18,664 nt of DNA from Bdellovibrionales bacterium. Lineage in GTDB: Bacteria > Bdellovibrionota > Bdellovibrionia > Bdellovibrionales > UBA840. The stretch spans positions 1-18,664 of the forward strand of contig JBBKWS010000095.1 in NCBI GenBank assembly GCA_037969075.1, read 5' to 3'. A program made the position numbers and the translations under genes. Position 1 is the first letter of the stretch. Each line of letters begins with the position of its first letter. This document shows positions 1 through 8,998 of the stretch, piece after piece. The notes below the pieces were generated by a model. The model ran no database searches, had not been told where the DNA came from, and saw only the letters and a list, made by a program, of their open reading frames with translations.

Positions 1-698
1 CGTCTAAAAAGTGCTGCTTGATATGGAGTTCCAGCATTTTCATATTCTGCTGCAAGGATCGCTCCCCATCCAATTGGCTCCCCTTTAACTAATTTTTCTT
101 CTACTGTTAGTCTCCAACGATCGTTGAGCCGAACTTCTCTTGAAAAATCTATTTCCCAACCCAAAATATCAGCAAGCTCTGAAATTAAATTGGGATCCAT
201 CTTAGCTTTAATGGCTGACTCCCATAAACTAGAGGTCACTTTTCCTGAAAACGATACTACTTTTATATCTACCTGCTCCGTAATCTTTTTGGCAGTCCAA
301 ACATCATCAACCTTTATCACTTCCATGGATTCTACAGCAGAAAAACGAAAGTGAATTCCGTTTAACTCTGGCTCGGGTTCGGCTCCATAGTAAACTTGAA
401 ACCTAATACCCGGCTGCAGTCTTGCTAAATTTTGAATAGGCTTTGATGCGGTAACAACCTCTTGAATGATTTGCGGCGAAACATCTAACCTTCTTAATGC
501 TTCAAACAAACTTGTGTTGGGCTCAATGACGTAGGGAAATGCTTCTTCAAGTGGTACGATGGGCAGTTGTTCGGTGTCTGCCAAGGTAGGATGATCCTCG
601 TCGATACCATTTTGATAGGTAGTAATCCAGATACTAAGGCCAGCGACAGTAAGGGCTACGAAGGAGAGTAAACTCCAGTGTATTCTTTTTAATTTCAT
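1..698 (-). CDS. M23/MepM-like peptidoglycan DD-endopeptidase, N-terminal part (runs off the left edge; not in the ORF track)
   Basis: Manual translation from ATG at 698 gives MKLKRIHWSLLSFVALTVAGLSIWITT (membrane anchor) ... LARLQPGIRFQV ... SGKVTSSLWESAIKAKMDPNLISELADIFGWEIDFSREVRLNDRW ... GAILAAEYENAG, open to the edge. The SL..SA...L..IF.W.IDF..E.R..D and ILAAEY segments are typical of the middle domain of MepM/YebA-like proteins. The catalytic M23 domain is outside the window. Confidence 0.8.
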   Translation of the reverse strand, partial: MKLKRIHWSLLSFVALTVAGLSIWITTYQNGIDEDHPTLADTEQLPIVPLEEAFPYVIEPNTSLFEALRRLDVSPQIIQEVVTASKPIQNLARLQPGIRFQVYYGAEPEPELNGIHFRFSAVESMEVIKVDDVWTAKKITEQVDIKVVSFSGKVTSSLWESAIKAKMDPNLISELADILGWEIDFSREVRLNDRWRLTVEEKLVKGEPIGWGAILAAEYENAGTPYQAALFR

Positions 699-704
699 AG
701 ACCA

Positions 705-733
705 AGCTTAAGTCGGAACTTTGAAAATGAAAA
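705..733 (-). promoter_or_regulatory. Putative sigma70 promoter for the M23-like gene (probably leaderless)
   Basis: On the minus strand, TTTTCA (733-728), a 17-nt spacer, TAAGCT (710-705), 6 nt, then ATG (698). There is no Shine-Dalgarno sequence. Confidence 0.4.
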
Positions 734-909
734 GCTGAGATCACTTAAAAAGTAAGTTTTCTGAGCAATTCTAGAAAATATTCATGCCAAAAATGATCAA
801 AAAATAAGCTTTCATTGAACCGTTAGATCGATAGAGATACGCCTAAAAATTATTCTTTTGTAGAGATAATAAGCACGTGTTACCAATAAGACATCAGGGG
901 GGAAGTATT

Positions 910-1593
910 ATGAAGTTAATAGTTCTATTGTGTTTAGTGTTTTCGGGTATAGCTCAAGCCGAGTCAAAAGTAGATAACAATCTATCTTGCCAACCTTATA
1001 GTAATGGATGGCAAGCTTACAGTCACCTAAGCCGCAGCTTTTTAGGAAATGGATTTTTTTATTCTAGAAACGATTGCAATACAGCCATCACAAATTCTCG
1101 CGGTGGATATGTTTGTGCGGCCCAATCGGGCGGAGGCATCATTGCTGATGTTGGTAATGGCAGACAAATTGGAAACGGATATTTTGTAAACTTCTATGAT
1201 TGCTTAAGCGCAGTTAGTAGAACCAGACATCAAGCAATTTGCGCCCCACAAAACGGTGGCTTGATTACTTACTCTAGAAGATTTGGTCAACTTGGTCAGG
1301 GCATTTGGCAACAGCTCAATGCATGCCAACGAACGATAGATCAAGCGCAAAATCGTATTATCTGTGCTCCACAATTTGGCGGCAGTATAATGATGAATTT
1401 AATAAATGCCGTTCAAATTTCTACCGGCTATTGGACCAATACTGAAGATTGCATCCAAGCCTCTCGTGTTGTAGTTAATGGTGAAGTTTGCGCTCCCTAT
1501 GGCGGTGCGGTAACAATTGCTAATGTAAATACAGGTGAAATTATTGGTGGTCGTTATTACTCTATATACGATTGCCAATCAGATTTAAAGTAA
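910..1593 (+). CDS. Secreted cysteine-rich tandem-repeat protein (5 repeats of about 42 aa), function unknown
   Basis: ATG at 910 follows GGGGGGAAG and is preferred over the track start at 877. Signal peptide MKLIVLLCLVFSGIAQA. Five repeats of the form C-[AQ]-[PA]-x-x-[GN]-[GA]...G-x-G-[YF]-[FWY]-x4-D-C. Confidence 0.8.
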   Translation: MKLIVLLCLVFSGIAQAESKVDNNLSCQPYSNGWQAYSHLSRSFLGNGFFYSRNDCNTAITNSRGGYVCAAQSGGGIIADVGNGRQIGNGYFVNFYDCLSAVSRTRHQAICAPQNGGLITYSRRFGQLGQGIWQQLNACQRTIDQAQNRIICAPQFGGSIMMNLINAVQISTGYWTNTEDCIQASRVVVNGEVCAPYGGAVTIANVNTGEIIGGRYYSIYDCQSDLK

Positions 1594-1605
1594 GATAATT
1601 ATTTT

Positions 1606-1624
1606 AGGGGTGTTAATCGCCCCT
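1606..1624. terminator. Possible bidirectional terminator hairpin between convergent genes
   Basis: AGGGGTG-ttaat-CGCCCCT inverted repeat (one G-U pair on the plus strand) between the stops at 1593 and 1624. The U-tracts are poor. Confidence 0.4.
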
Positions 1625-2301
1625 TATAATTTACTTGTAATCCAGTCTTTGAAGGCTTTATTTAAATCATCTATCTTACAATATGTCTTAATATAATCTT
1701 CCATCTTTCTCTCTACACTAAGCCTTATTAAGTTATCTAGTTTGCACTTTTTATCTAGCATCTCTGCGAATGCCTGTGAGGCTTTATATCGATACACTAT
1801 ACCACTAACACTCCCACTTTGCGGATGTGCTAACTCATGAAAATCTTTAATTGCGGGTTGTGCTGCTAACCACTTATAATTGACGGGCTCGGTCTTTGAA
1901 AGATGATTTGCTAGCCCCTCTTCGAACCATTTAGGAATAGCACTCTTATATTTTTGATAAACAATTACATGTACTAGCTCGTGACCAAATAACTTATCAA
2001 AGTTGTCTGTTGTAACACTTGGACCAATTAAAATTGTGGCCTCACCATTTGTATATTTTGTTACTGCGGCAGCACTTGGCCCTAGGTTGTGAGCATTTTC
2101 AAAACTAGATTTTGTAGTAAACCATTGTACTTTTACTCTTCTTGTAGACCACTCTAACTTATGTTGAATACGGCCGGTCACTCTTTCGACACGTGGGCTC
2201 TTTAGCCAATCTGGTGCACCTTCGATAATGACGGCATTTGTACGCATAACATTGCCATAACTAAAATGCATATAAGAAAATAGTAAAAATAAAAGTGTCA
2301 C
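1624..2301 (-). CDS. Secreted gluzincin-type (clan MA) zinc metallopeptidase-like protein
   Basis: GTG start with AGGAG RBS and a hydrophobic N-terminus. HELVH (HExxH) is followed by PKWFEEGLA, the third-ligand Glu motif. Confidence 0.75.
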   Translation of the reverse strand: MTLLFLLFSYMHFSYGNVMRTNAVIIEGAPDWLKSPRVERVTGRIQHKLEWSTRRVKVQWFTTKSSFENAHNLGPSAAAVTKYTNGEATILIGPSVTTDNFDKLFGHELVHVIVYQKYKSAIPKWFEEGLANHLSKTEPVNYKWLAAQPAIKDFHELAHPQSGSVSGIVYRYKASQAFAEMLDKKCKLDNLIRLSVERKMEDYIKTYCKIDDLNKAFKDWITSKL

Positions 2302-2327
2302 GACTTCTCCTGCTATTAAAATTATAA

Positions 2328-2352
2328 AATAAGATTAAGGCTGAATCTTATT
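2328..2352. other. Perfect 9-bp inverted repeat (terminator of the upstream gene or operator)
   Basis: AATAAGATT-N7-AATCTTATT. On the minus strand it is followed by TTATAATTTT and sits just upstream of a TATAAT (2326-2321) in front of the peptidase gene. Confidence 0.4.
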
Positions 2353-2361
2353 AAATGCTAG

Positions 2362-3303
2362 CTACTTTATGTCAGACTTAAACTTTGGATGATTAAAGTG
2401 CAATCTGTGGTCACAATTTTCACCGGCAAATGCTTGTGTGTAGGTGATTGTTCCTACCGGAAAGAACTTTTGCTTTTGAAAAAACGAAGTATTCTTTGCC
2501 TCTCCAGCAACTTCAATATTAAAAACTATCTTTCCTTTTTCATTAATGTTTTCGATAATTTCATCTCTAAAATCAACGGCTTCACTAAAATCAAAACCCT
2601 CGGCACCACTTAATCTCATCCATTTAGGTGTGTGAACATCTTCAACTTCTTCATTCATTTCTGAGATTTGATACAACTGTCTGATACCTGGATTTTTATC
2701 TGTTACTACAAACACTCCCGCTACAAACGCTGCCACATCAGCAATAAAAACTGATCCCAATCGCACACTGACCTTAGGTTCGTTGGTTAATTTTGCCCCC
2801 ATAAATTTTGGTTCTTTTGTACCACCTAAATCATCTATCGTAAAAAAGTTTGCTGTCTTTAGTTTCTTAGTGTGCATAAAATTAGAGGTTGGGTAGATCT
2901 TACCCGTTAAACCAAAGCCCCTATACTCTCCTCGCTCTGTATCAGACAATGCTACTGAGGCACGAGATATAATCACTGCCTTAGTTCCTTTGCGGTATAA
3001 TCCAGAATATGGGTTTTCTTCAGAAATTTTCCAAGTACCTAATAAGCATATTCCATTAGGATGAACTAACTTTTCAAAATACGGTAGGATATCTGACTTA
3101 TCATCGATGGTTCGGTTTGCCGATTCACTAAGCGCATTGACCCCCCAGCGAGTGAGCCTTGCCATATTTACTTTCTCTTGCGGTAGTGTTGTGTAAGCAC
3201 TGTCAGTAACTACATCCCACACCTCGCTGGCGATTGAGCCCTCATAATTTGCATTAGCAAATGGACCCGTAAGAATTAAAGTCAACAAGACGAAGTGTTT
3301 CAT
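2362..3303 (-). CDS. Secreted catalase-fold (catalase-related) protein, C-terminally truncated
   Basis: Signal peptide MKHFVLLTLILTGPFANA. EKLVHPNGICLLGTW ... IISRAS ... RGFGLTGKIY aligns by eye with the catalase motifs ERVVHAKG.GA.G.F ... ARFS ... RGFALKFY. Confidence 0.55.
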   Translation of the reverse strand: MKHFVLLTLILTGPFANANYEGSIASEVWDVVTDSAYTTLPQEKVNMARLTRWGVNALSESANRTIDDKSDILPYFEKLVHPNGICLLGTWKISEENPYSGLYRKGTKAVIISRASVALSDTERGEYRGFGLTGKIYPTSNFMHTKKLKTANFFTIDDLGGTKEPKFMGAKLTNEPKVSVRLGSVFIADVAAFVAGVFVVTDKNPGIRQLYQISEMNEEVEDVHTPKWMRLSGAEGFDFSEAVDFRDEIIENINEKGKIVFNIEVAGEAKNTSFFQKQKFFPVGTITYTQAFAGENCDHRLHFNHPKFKSDIK

Positions 3304-3324
3304 TTAGCCCCCTATGGCATGCCG

Positions 3325-3353
3325 AGACTAAGCCTGCATGGCTTATATGTCAA
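3325..3353 (-). promoter_or_regulatory. sigma70 promoter for the catalase-like gene
   Basis: On the minus strand, TTGACA (3353-3348), a 17-nt spacer, TAGTCT (3330-3325), then an AGGGGG RBS before the ATG at 3303. Confidence 0.65.
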
Positions 3354-3424
3354 ACTGGCCGCAGTTAAGGTTAAAAATTCCAAATGATTGCCTAAATAAC
3401 ACATAAATGTTACGTATCTAGCAT

Positions 3425-4111
3425 ATGGGTGAGTTAAATCAGACTAAATCTTGTGGAAATTGCGGTGCCTTCACCAAAACAAATTTTTGCGACTTGAGCC
3501 AGTCGGCTGTTGCAGTTTTAGATAAATACAAAATCCATTCAAAGTATAAAAAAGGACAAGTCTTATTTAACGAAGGAAACACCCCTGTAGGCCTATACTG
3601 CATTAGTGCTGGAGTCGTAAAAGTAGTCAGCCAAAACGAAAACGGACAAAACATTCTTTTACGTCTTGTAAAACCTGGAGGAGTTCTGGGATACCGCTCA
3701 CTTTTAGCTAGTGAGCCTTACCATGGCACAGCCGTAGCACAAGAAGACACTCAGCTATGTATTATACCAAAAGAAGCTATCTTTTCACTTCTAATTGCAG
3801 AACCAGTTTTAGCCTTAAAATTCCTGTCACAAATTTCAAAAGAACTTCATATTGCAGAGGCGAGAATGCTGGGTCTTATCTCAAAACCAGCTGCGGCAAG
3901 AGTCGCTGAAGCTCTACTTATTTTAAAAGACTGTCTAGATAGTACAAAATGGACAAGACAAGATATCGCTGAGTGGGCTGGAACAACCACAGAAACTGTT
4001 ATCAGAACGCTAGCTAACTTTGAAAAGAAGCACTGGATTAATCAGACCGGCAGAGAAATCAATATACTCAGTCATAAAGATTTATTAGCACAAGTGAATC
4101 CTGACGTATAA
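3425..4111 (+). CDS. Crp/Fnr family transcriptional regulator, Fnr-like (probable Fe-S oxygen sensor)
   Basis: N-terminal C-x2-C-x9-C (SCGNCGAFTKTNFC), a cNMP-like beta-roll (KKGQVLFNEG, GVVKV, PGGVLG), a central Cys in QLCII and a C-terminal HTH TRQDIAEWAGTTTETVIRTL. It lies next to the cbb3 operon. Confidence 0.9.
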   Translation: MGELNQTKSCGNCGAFTKTNFCDLSQSAVAVLDKYKIHSKYKKGQVLFNEGNTPVGLYCISAGVVKVVSQNENGQNILLRLVKPGGVLGYRSLLASEPYHGTAVAQEDTQLCIIPKEAIFSLLIAEPVLALKFLSQISKELHIAEARMLGLISKPAAARVAEALLILKDCLDSTKWTRQDIAEWAGTTTETVIRTLANFEKKHWINQTGREINILSHKDLLAQVNPDV

Positions 4112-4774
4112 TTACGGAGGGCTACAAAACAAAAGGCTTGCTGAACTTTTATTTTTTGCACCTGATACTTCGGGTTTATAGAAATGCATAATAACACTCA
4201 TATTAAATAGTAAAAAAACGACTACTATTTTTATGTATCTGTTATTAATAACATGGCTCAAACTAGATATTCTAAATCTAATTTGCTTTATAAAGAAAAT
4301 CGGAACTGTGCCCACCCAAAAAATAAATACAAGAATCAGAAGTGGAGCTATCTTAATCTCTCTACTAAGAGAGTACAAAAAAAGGCTTAGCCAAGCACAT
4401 GGCAATAACCCCGTAAAAAATCCTCTCAAAAATACTCCTCTGATAAACTTAGGAGTAGATGGCACTTTACAACAGCCGCCATTTAACTCCTTAATTACTG
4501 AATATGTAATGTATGCTAGAAAAAATAGACCAATACCTATGCGCAAAAAAAGAACAGTATCAGTTAAAAGTATTAGAGCATGGGTGAGTATCGCCAAGCA
4601 GAAGTAGGCGAGTAGTCTTCCGGTGTGATAATACTTCATATTTTTTATGGAAATATTATAAGTAAGTGGCAAACACATGACTGCACAGTGCGGACTCCCA
4701 ACCAGACTTAGAAGTAAAACTAAAAAAGGAAGGGCCGCTGACGGTGCACCAATAGAGTTAATTAGGTCCAACAA
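4112..4774 (-). CDS. DsbD_2/TauE-SafE-like membrane protein of cbb3 oxidase assembly clusters
   Basis: Motifs SPHCAVMC and GLLPC, plus FWVGTVP and several TM segments. The likely start is TTG at 4774, after AGGAGA-TTAATC and overlapping the ccoG stop, rather than the track start at 4825. Confidence 0.8.
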   Translation of the reverse strand: MLDLINSIGAPSAALPFLVLLLSLVGSPHCAVMCLPLTYNISIKNMKYYHTGRLLAYFCLAILTHALILLTDTVLFLRIGIGLFFLAYITYSVIKELNGGCCKVPSTPKFIRGVFLRGFFTGLLPCAWLSLFLYSLSREIKIAPLLILVFIFWVGTVPIFFIKQIRFRISSLSHVINNRYIKIVVVFLLFNMSVIMHFYKPEVSGAKNKSSASLLFCSPP

Positions 4775-6170
4775 GATTAATCTCCTGGCTAAGCTGAACA
4801 TTGGTGTGCTCACCTGATACGTCAAAGCTTATTGGAATTATAATTTTCTTTTGGGAGCCAAGTAGTTCTTTTTTAAATTTAATAATAAATGAGAAATTTG
4901 TGCTGGAATTTTTTTGAATCTTTACACTGTTTACTGGAATGATCACCTCAACTGATGGCGGTAACACACTTGCACTCATCGTATAATTTAACTCTTCAGT
5001 CCCTTGATTATGTAAATGCAGAGAGATGTGATTGATAATTTGCTTAGACCCGTCACTTAGTGTTTGCTCTACGTAGGGTGCTGATGATTTTCTTAACAGA
5101 GTGATCGCGGCGACTTGATGCTGCCTTAATGAAAAAATAAGAGCACCCGATAGTAAAATGATTAACATTACATATATAATAACCCTAGGGGTTATTAGTT
5201 TTTTCTTAAGACTTATGTCGGTTTTACTTATCAACTCTTCTTCTGATGCATACCGAATCAAACCTACTGGTTTTTTAACTTTTGTCATAATATCATCGCA
5301 AGCATCTATGCAGGCGGTACAACCTATGCACTCCATTTGTATACCACGTCTGATATCAATTCCTGTTGGGCAGACCTCTACACACCTTCTACAGTTTACA
5401 CAATCCCCACGACTTCCCATCGGAGCCAAACCTTTGCGTGGCTCCCCACGGTTATAATCATACAAAACTGTTGTAGTACTAGAATCCATAAGTACTGATT
5501 GAAACCTACCGTAGGGACAGGCGATAATACAAAATTGCTCTCGAAACCAACCAAAATCAAAAAGCAACAATAACGTCATGCTCAGAACAATTAGAAATGC
5601 AGTTTTATTTTCCTCAGGACTTCCTTGCATCATCTCTAGCAAGCGTTCACTTCCAACAAAATAAGCTACAAAAGAATGTGCAATCACAGTAGACACAATA
5701 ATAAAACAAATCCATGTTAGACCTAGCTTAATAAATTTTTCTAAACCCAAAGATTTAGCCTGCAGCTTTCTTCGCTTAAAATATTTACCCTGGATCATAA
5801 CTTCGATCTGTCTATATATTGCATCTATAAATACCGTTTGCGGGCAAGCCCAACCGCACCAGATGCGGCCAAATACTGCGGTCACTGCAGCTAGCCCTAT
5901 CCCACCAATAGCCAGTAATAAAAATAACATTGGGGCATCGTGTGACTTTAATAAAATTCCAAAAAATATAAATGTTCTGTTTGGTATATCCAGTAAAATT
6001 AATTGCAGGCCATTCCAATGAACCCAAGGTACTGCCAAAAATACACATAGCAATAATATATGAACCACAGTGCGATAGCGTCTAAAAATTCCCTTTACCT
6101 CTGCTGGGTGAAGAAACAATCTTCCCCCAGACTCATCAGTAGTACCAAGACGCTCATCACCCAAAGACAT
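4758..6170 (-). CDS. ccoG: Cytochrome c oxidase accessory protein CcoG (FixG), 4Fe-4S cupric reductase
   Basis: GRIWCGWACPQT, FREQFCIIACPYGRFQS, CVNCRRCVEVCPTGIDIR and ECIGCTACIDACD. Confidence 0.95.
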   Translation of the reverse strand: MSLGDERLGTTDESGGRLFLHPAEVKGIFRRYRTVVHILLLCVFLAVPWVHWNGLQLILLDIPNRTFIFFGILLKSHDAPMLFLLLAIGGIGLAAVTAVFGRIWCGWACPQTVFIDAIYRQIEVMIQGKYFKRRKLQAKSLGLEKFIKLGLTWICFIIVSTVIAHSFVAYFVGSERLLEMMQGSPEENKTAFLIVLSMTLLLLFDFGWFREQFCIIACPYGRFQSVLMDSSTTTVLYDYNRGEPRKGLAPMGSRGDCVNCRRCVEVCPTGIDIRRGIQMECIGCTACIDACDDIMTKVKKPVGLIRYASEEELISKTDISLKKKLITPRVIIYVMLIILLSGALIFSLRQHQVAAITLLRKSSAPYVEQTLSDGSKQIINHISLHLHNQGTEELNYTMSASVLPPSVEVIIPVNSVKIQKNSSTNFSFIIKFKKELLGSQKKIIIPISFDVSGEHTNVQLSQEINLVGPN

Positions 6171-6718
6171 TAGTCTTTCACCTCTACTCCTTCTGGTCCC
6201 TTGGCTCCAGCAGGAGTACTCCCCTTAAGGCTCAATACAAATGCAACCACAGAGGCTTGCTCAGAAGGATTTAGTATAGACTCCCACCCAGGCATTCCCT
6301 TTTCTGGCACTCCTTTTTGTACAGAATGAAGTACATCTTCAGGCTTTCCAGTGCCATGTATCCAAAAATTATCTGTAAAATTGGGTCCTATAAGACCCTG
6401 CCCCTTGTCTCCATGACACATATAACATTTTTCAAAATATATTTTTGAACCAACTTGTATGAACTCTTCATTTCCAACTGCAGATGCCAAATCTATTGCC
6501 TCGGAACTTTCTGACTGTCTCATCTCGGTTAATTGTGCAATACCGACAGCTAGTTCTTCATCGGTTGTTGGGCCGCTATGCGATGTGTAGTGTAGATAAT
6601 AAATCATCGAGTAAATAATTGAACCCAAGAAAATTGCAATCCACCATCTAGGTAAAGGGTGATCATGCTCAATGATCCCATCATAATGTTTGTTTGAGTT
6701 ATCGTTATCTTCAGTCAT
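6170..6718 (-). CDS. ccoP: cbb3-type cytochrome c oxidase subunit III (monoheme CcoP)
   Basis: N-terminal HYDGIIEHDHPLPRWW, one TM helix, a single CYMCH heme site, GPN and GMPGW (axial Met). AGGAGG RBS. Confidence 0.92.
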   Translation of the reverse strand: MTEDNDNSNKHYDGIIEHDHPLPRWWIAIFLGSIIYSMIYYLHYTSHSGPTTDEELAVGIAQLTEMRQSESSEAIDLASAVGNEEFIQVGSKIYFEKCYMCHGDKGQGLIGPNFTDNFWIHGTGKPEDVLHSVQKGVPEKGMPGWESILNPSEQASVVAFVLSLKGSTPAGAKGPEGVEVKD

Positions 6719-6881
6719 TACTGCCCTCCTTGTTTAAGGGAATGTTTGACATTCTTTTGATATAATTTGGATCAGATTTATATACACAAATGATCATGTA
6801 AACAAAGAAACTGAAAAAAATAACAAGCCCTATTAAAGTAAGCCAAGTGTCTGTAAAAAATAAAAGTCCTTCTTGCTTCAT
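6711..6881 (-). CDS. ccoQ: cbb3-type oxidase small subunit CcoQ (56 aa; not in the ORF track)
   Basis: Manual translation gives MKQEGLLFFTDTWLTLIGLVIFFSFFVYMIICVYKSDPNYIKRMSNIPLNKEGSND*. ATGA overlap with the ccoNO stop, one TM helix, the MSNIPL tail typical of CcoQ, and the canonical position between ccoO and ccoP. Confidence 0.88.
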   Translation of the reverse strand: MKQEGLLFFTDTWLTLIGLVIFFSFFVYMIICVYKSDPNYIKRMSNIPLNKEGSND

Positions 6882-8998
6882 TTTTTCCCCTTTTGCCCTA
6901 AAGCCTGCAGATAAGCAATCAGTGCCACAATTTGTTTTTCTTCTAGCTTATCTGTTTCTATTCCCTGCAGTCTTAAGTCTGCAGCAATAACCTTAGCTTC
7001 TTCAATCGCAATTAGATCTGCGCGACTCAGCTCTTCATCTGTATAGGGAACGCCGAGTTTTTGCATTACCGAAAGTTTCTTACGCAATATTAAAAAATCA
7101 GTGCGACTGGTGAACAGCCAAGGGTAATTTGGCATAATTGATCCTTGTGATGTGGATCTAGGATCTAACATATGTTGAAAATGCCACATATTCGGATATT
7201 TTAAACCTAATCTTGATAAGTCAGGGCCCGTACGCTTAGAGCCCCATTGAAAAGGACGATCCCACATAGACTCTTCAATCGTCGATGCAGCTCCATACCG
7301 CAAAACTTCTGCAGGCAACTTACGAATCATTTGTGAGTGACAGGTATAGCAACCTTCTTTTACATAGATATCTCTTCCAGCCAGTTGAAGAGGAGTAAAA
7401 GGATCTGTAATCTTACTAGGCTCTACATATTTATGTAGAGATAACGTTGGAACAATTTCGATAATCGACCCAACAGCAATTGCAATAAATGACAATACTG
7501 TGAAGGTAAATCCCATGCCTTCCAGCTTTTTATGCCCCGTCTCTTCACCAACATCACTATCTATCGACATGGAAGTAGTAACCTCGGTGTCTTCTACTTT
7601 GTTTGGTGCTAATTTAATTGTTTTATAAATATTGTAGACCATTACTAAAAAGCCTATGAAGAATAATAAACCCCCGCCAGCTCGCACCCAATATAGTGGT
7701 ACAATCTTTGTCACTGTCTCGATAAAATCAGGATAAACCAGTCTTCCTGTTGAATCCACCGCAAGCCACATTAGTCCCTGTGTAACCCCCGCAGTTACCA
7801 TCGAAATATAATATAATAAAACACCAAATAACCCGATCCAAAAATGAGTGGTCGCTAGCTTTAAGCTATATAACTGCGTTCTCCACAACCTTGGGACCAA
7901 ATAGTAGATCATAGCAAATGTTAAAAAGCCATTCCAACCCAAAGCACCTGCATGTACGTGACCAACAATCCAATCTGTATAGTGACCCACAGCTGACACA
8001 CTTTTAATAGAAAGAAGCGGTCCTTCAAATGTTACCATTCCATAAAATGTAATGGCAGCAACCATGAATTTAACTAGAGGATCATCTCTTAATAGATGCC
8101 ATGCCCCACGCAAAGTTAAAAGACCATTGATCATTCCACCCCAACTTGGCGCCCACAGCATTAATGAAAATATCATTCCTAATGTTTGAGCCCAGTCAGG
8201 CAAAGCAGTATATAGTAAGTGATGGGGACCAGCCCAAATGTAAATAAATACTAATGACCAAAAATGTATAATAGAAAGCCTATAAGAATATATAGGGCGG
8301 TTAGCAATTTTTGGCATGTAGTAATACATTAAACCTAAAAAGGGCGTTGTTAAAAAGAATGCTACGGCGTTATGTCCATACCACCACTGAACCAAGGCAT
8401 CTTGAATACCCGCATACACCGGATAACTTTGAAACCAACTGACTGGTAACTCTATTGAGTTAACTATATGTAGTACAGCGACAGTAATAATCGTTGCAAT
8501 ATAAAACCAAATCGCGACATACATATGCTTTTCACGTCGCTTTTTTATCGTACCAAAAAAGTTAACAGCAAAGACCACCCAAATCAAAGTAATGGCAATA
8601 TCAATAGGCCATTCTAACTCTGCGTATTCTTTTGATTGGGTGTAGCCCAATGGTAAAGTGATGGCTGCTGCCACAATAATTAATTGCCAGCCCCAAAAAT
8701 GAATTTTACTTAAGGCATCTGAAAACATCCTTGCCTTTAAAAGTCTCTGTGTTGAGTGGTAGATACCCGCAAAGATAGCGTTACCAGCAAAAGCAAAAAT
8801 TGCGGCATTTGTATGTAATGGTCGCAATCTACCAAAAGTAATGAATTCAGAATTAAAATTGAGTGGCCAATAAGCCAACTGCAAAGCCGCTAAAAGTCCA
8901 AACAACATTGCGGCACATGCCCAGATTATCGTTGCTATAACAAAATTTCTTACGATCTTATCATCGTAAAAAAAACTTTCAACTTTTTCGCTTATCAC
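6878..8998 (-). CDS. ccoN: Fused cbb3-type cytochrome c oxidase subunits I/II (CcoN-CcoO)
   Basis: CcoN motifs FGRLRPLHT, WWYGHNAV, WAGPHHL and GHVHAG, then CcoO motifs EGCYTCHSQMIR, WGSKRTGPDL and SIMPNY in the same frame. The likely start is GTG at 8998, after AAGGAG-AAGTCA; the track start is 9022. Confidence 0.95.
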   Translation of the reverse strand: MISEKVESFFYDDKIVRNFVIATIIWACAAMLFGLLAALQLAYWPLNFNSEFITFGRLRPLHTNAAIFAFAGNAIFAGIYHSTQRLLKARMFSDALSKIHFWGWQLIIVAAAITLPLGYTQSKEYAELEWPIDIAITLIWVVFAVNFFGTIKKRREKHMYVAIWFYIATIITVAVLHIVNSIELPVSWFQSYPVYAGIQDALVQWWYGHNAVAFFLTTPFLGLMYYYMPKIANRPIYSYRLSIIHFWSLVFIYIWAGPHHLLYTALPDWAQTLGMIFSLMLWAPSWGGMINGLLTLRGAWHLLRDDPLVKFMVAAITFYGMVTFEGPLLSIKSVSAVGHYTDWIVGHVHAGALGWNGFLTFAMIYYLVPRLWRTQLYSLKLATTHFWIGLFGVLLYYISMVTAGVTQGLMWLAVDSTGRLVYPDFIETVTKIVPLYWVRAGGGLLFFIGFLVMVYNIYKTIKLAPNKVEDTEVTTSMSIDSDVGEETGHKKLEGMGFTFTVLSFIAIAVGSIIEIVPTLSLHKYVEPSKITDPFTPLQLAGRDIYVKEGCYTCHSQMIRKLPAEVLRYGAASTIEESMWDRPFQWGSKRTGPDLSRLGLKYPNMWHFQHMLDPRSTSQGSIMPNYPWLFTSRTDFLILRKKLSVMQKLGVPYTDEELSRADLIAIEEAKVIAADLRLQGIETDKLEEKQIVALIAYLQALGQKGKK

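Noticed and set aside
124..354. 76-aa plus-strand ORF
   Set aside because: Antisense shadow of the M23-like gene on the minus strand; no motifs.
727..815. Imperfect inverted repeat ATGAAAAGCT ... AGCTTTCAT in the divergent intergenic region
   Set aside because: Short, imperfect and about 70 nt apart in AT-rich DNA; no support for an ncRNA or miniature mobile element.
4109..4114. Abutting convergent stops of the Fnr-like gene and the cco operon, as antisense regulation
   Set aside because: Tight convergent packing also occurs at 18006-18009 and is common in compact genomes; the sequence gives no evidence of a regulatory role.
2389..6048. Short ORFs at 2389-2613, 3439-3654, 4233-4607, 5158-5457 and 5812-6048
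   Set aside because: Each lies entirely within a well-supported gene, antisense or out of frame, with no recognisable motif.
6878..8998. CcoN-CcoO fusion as a novelty
   Set aside because: The fusion is already known from Bacteroidota and other lineages.
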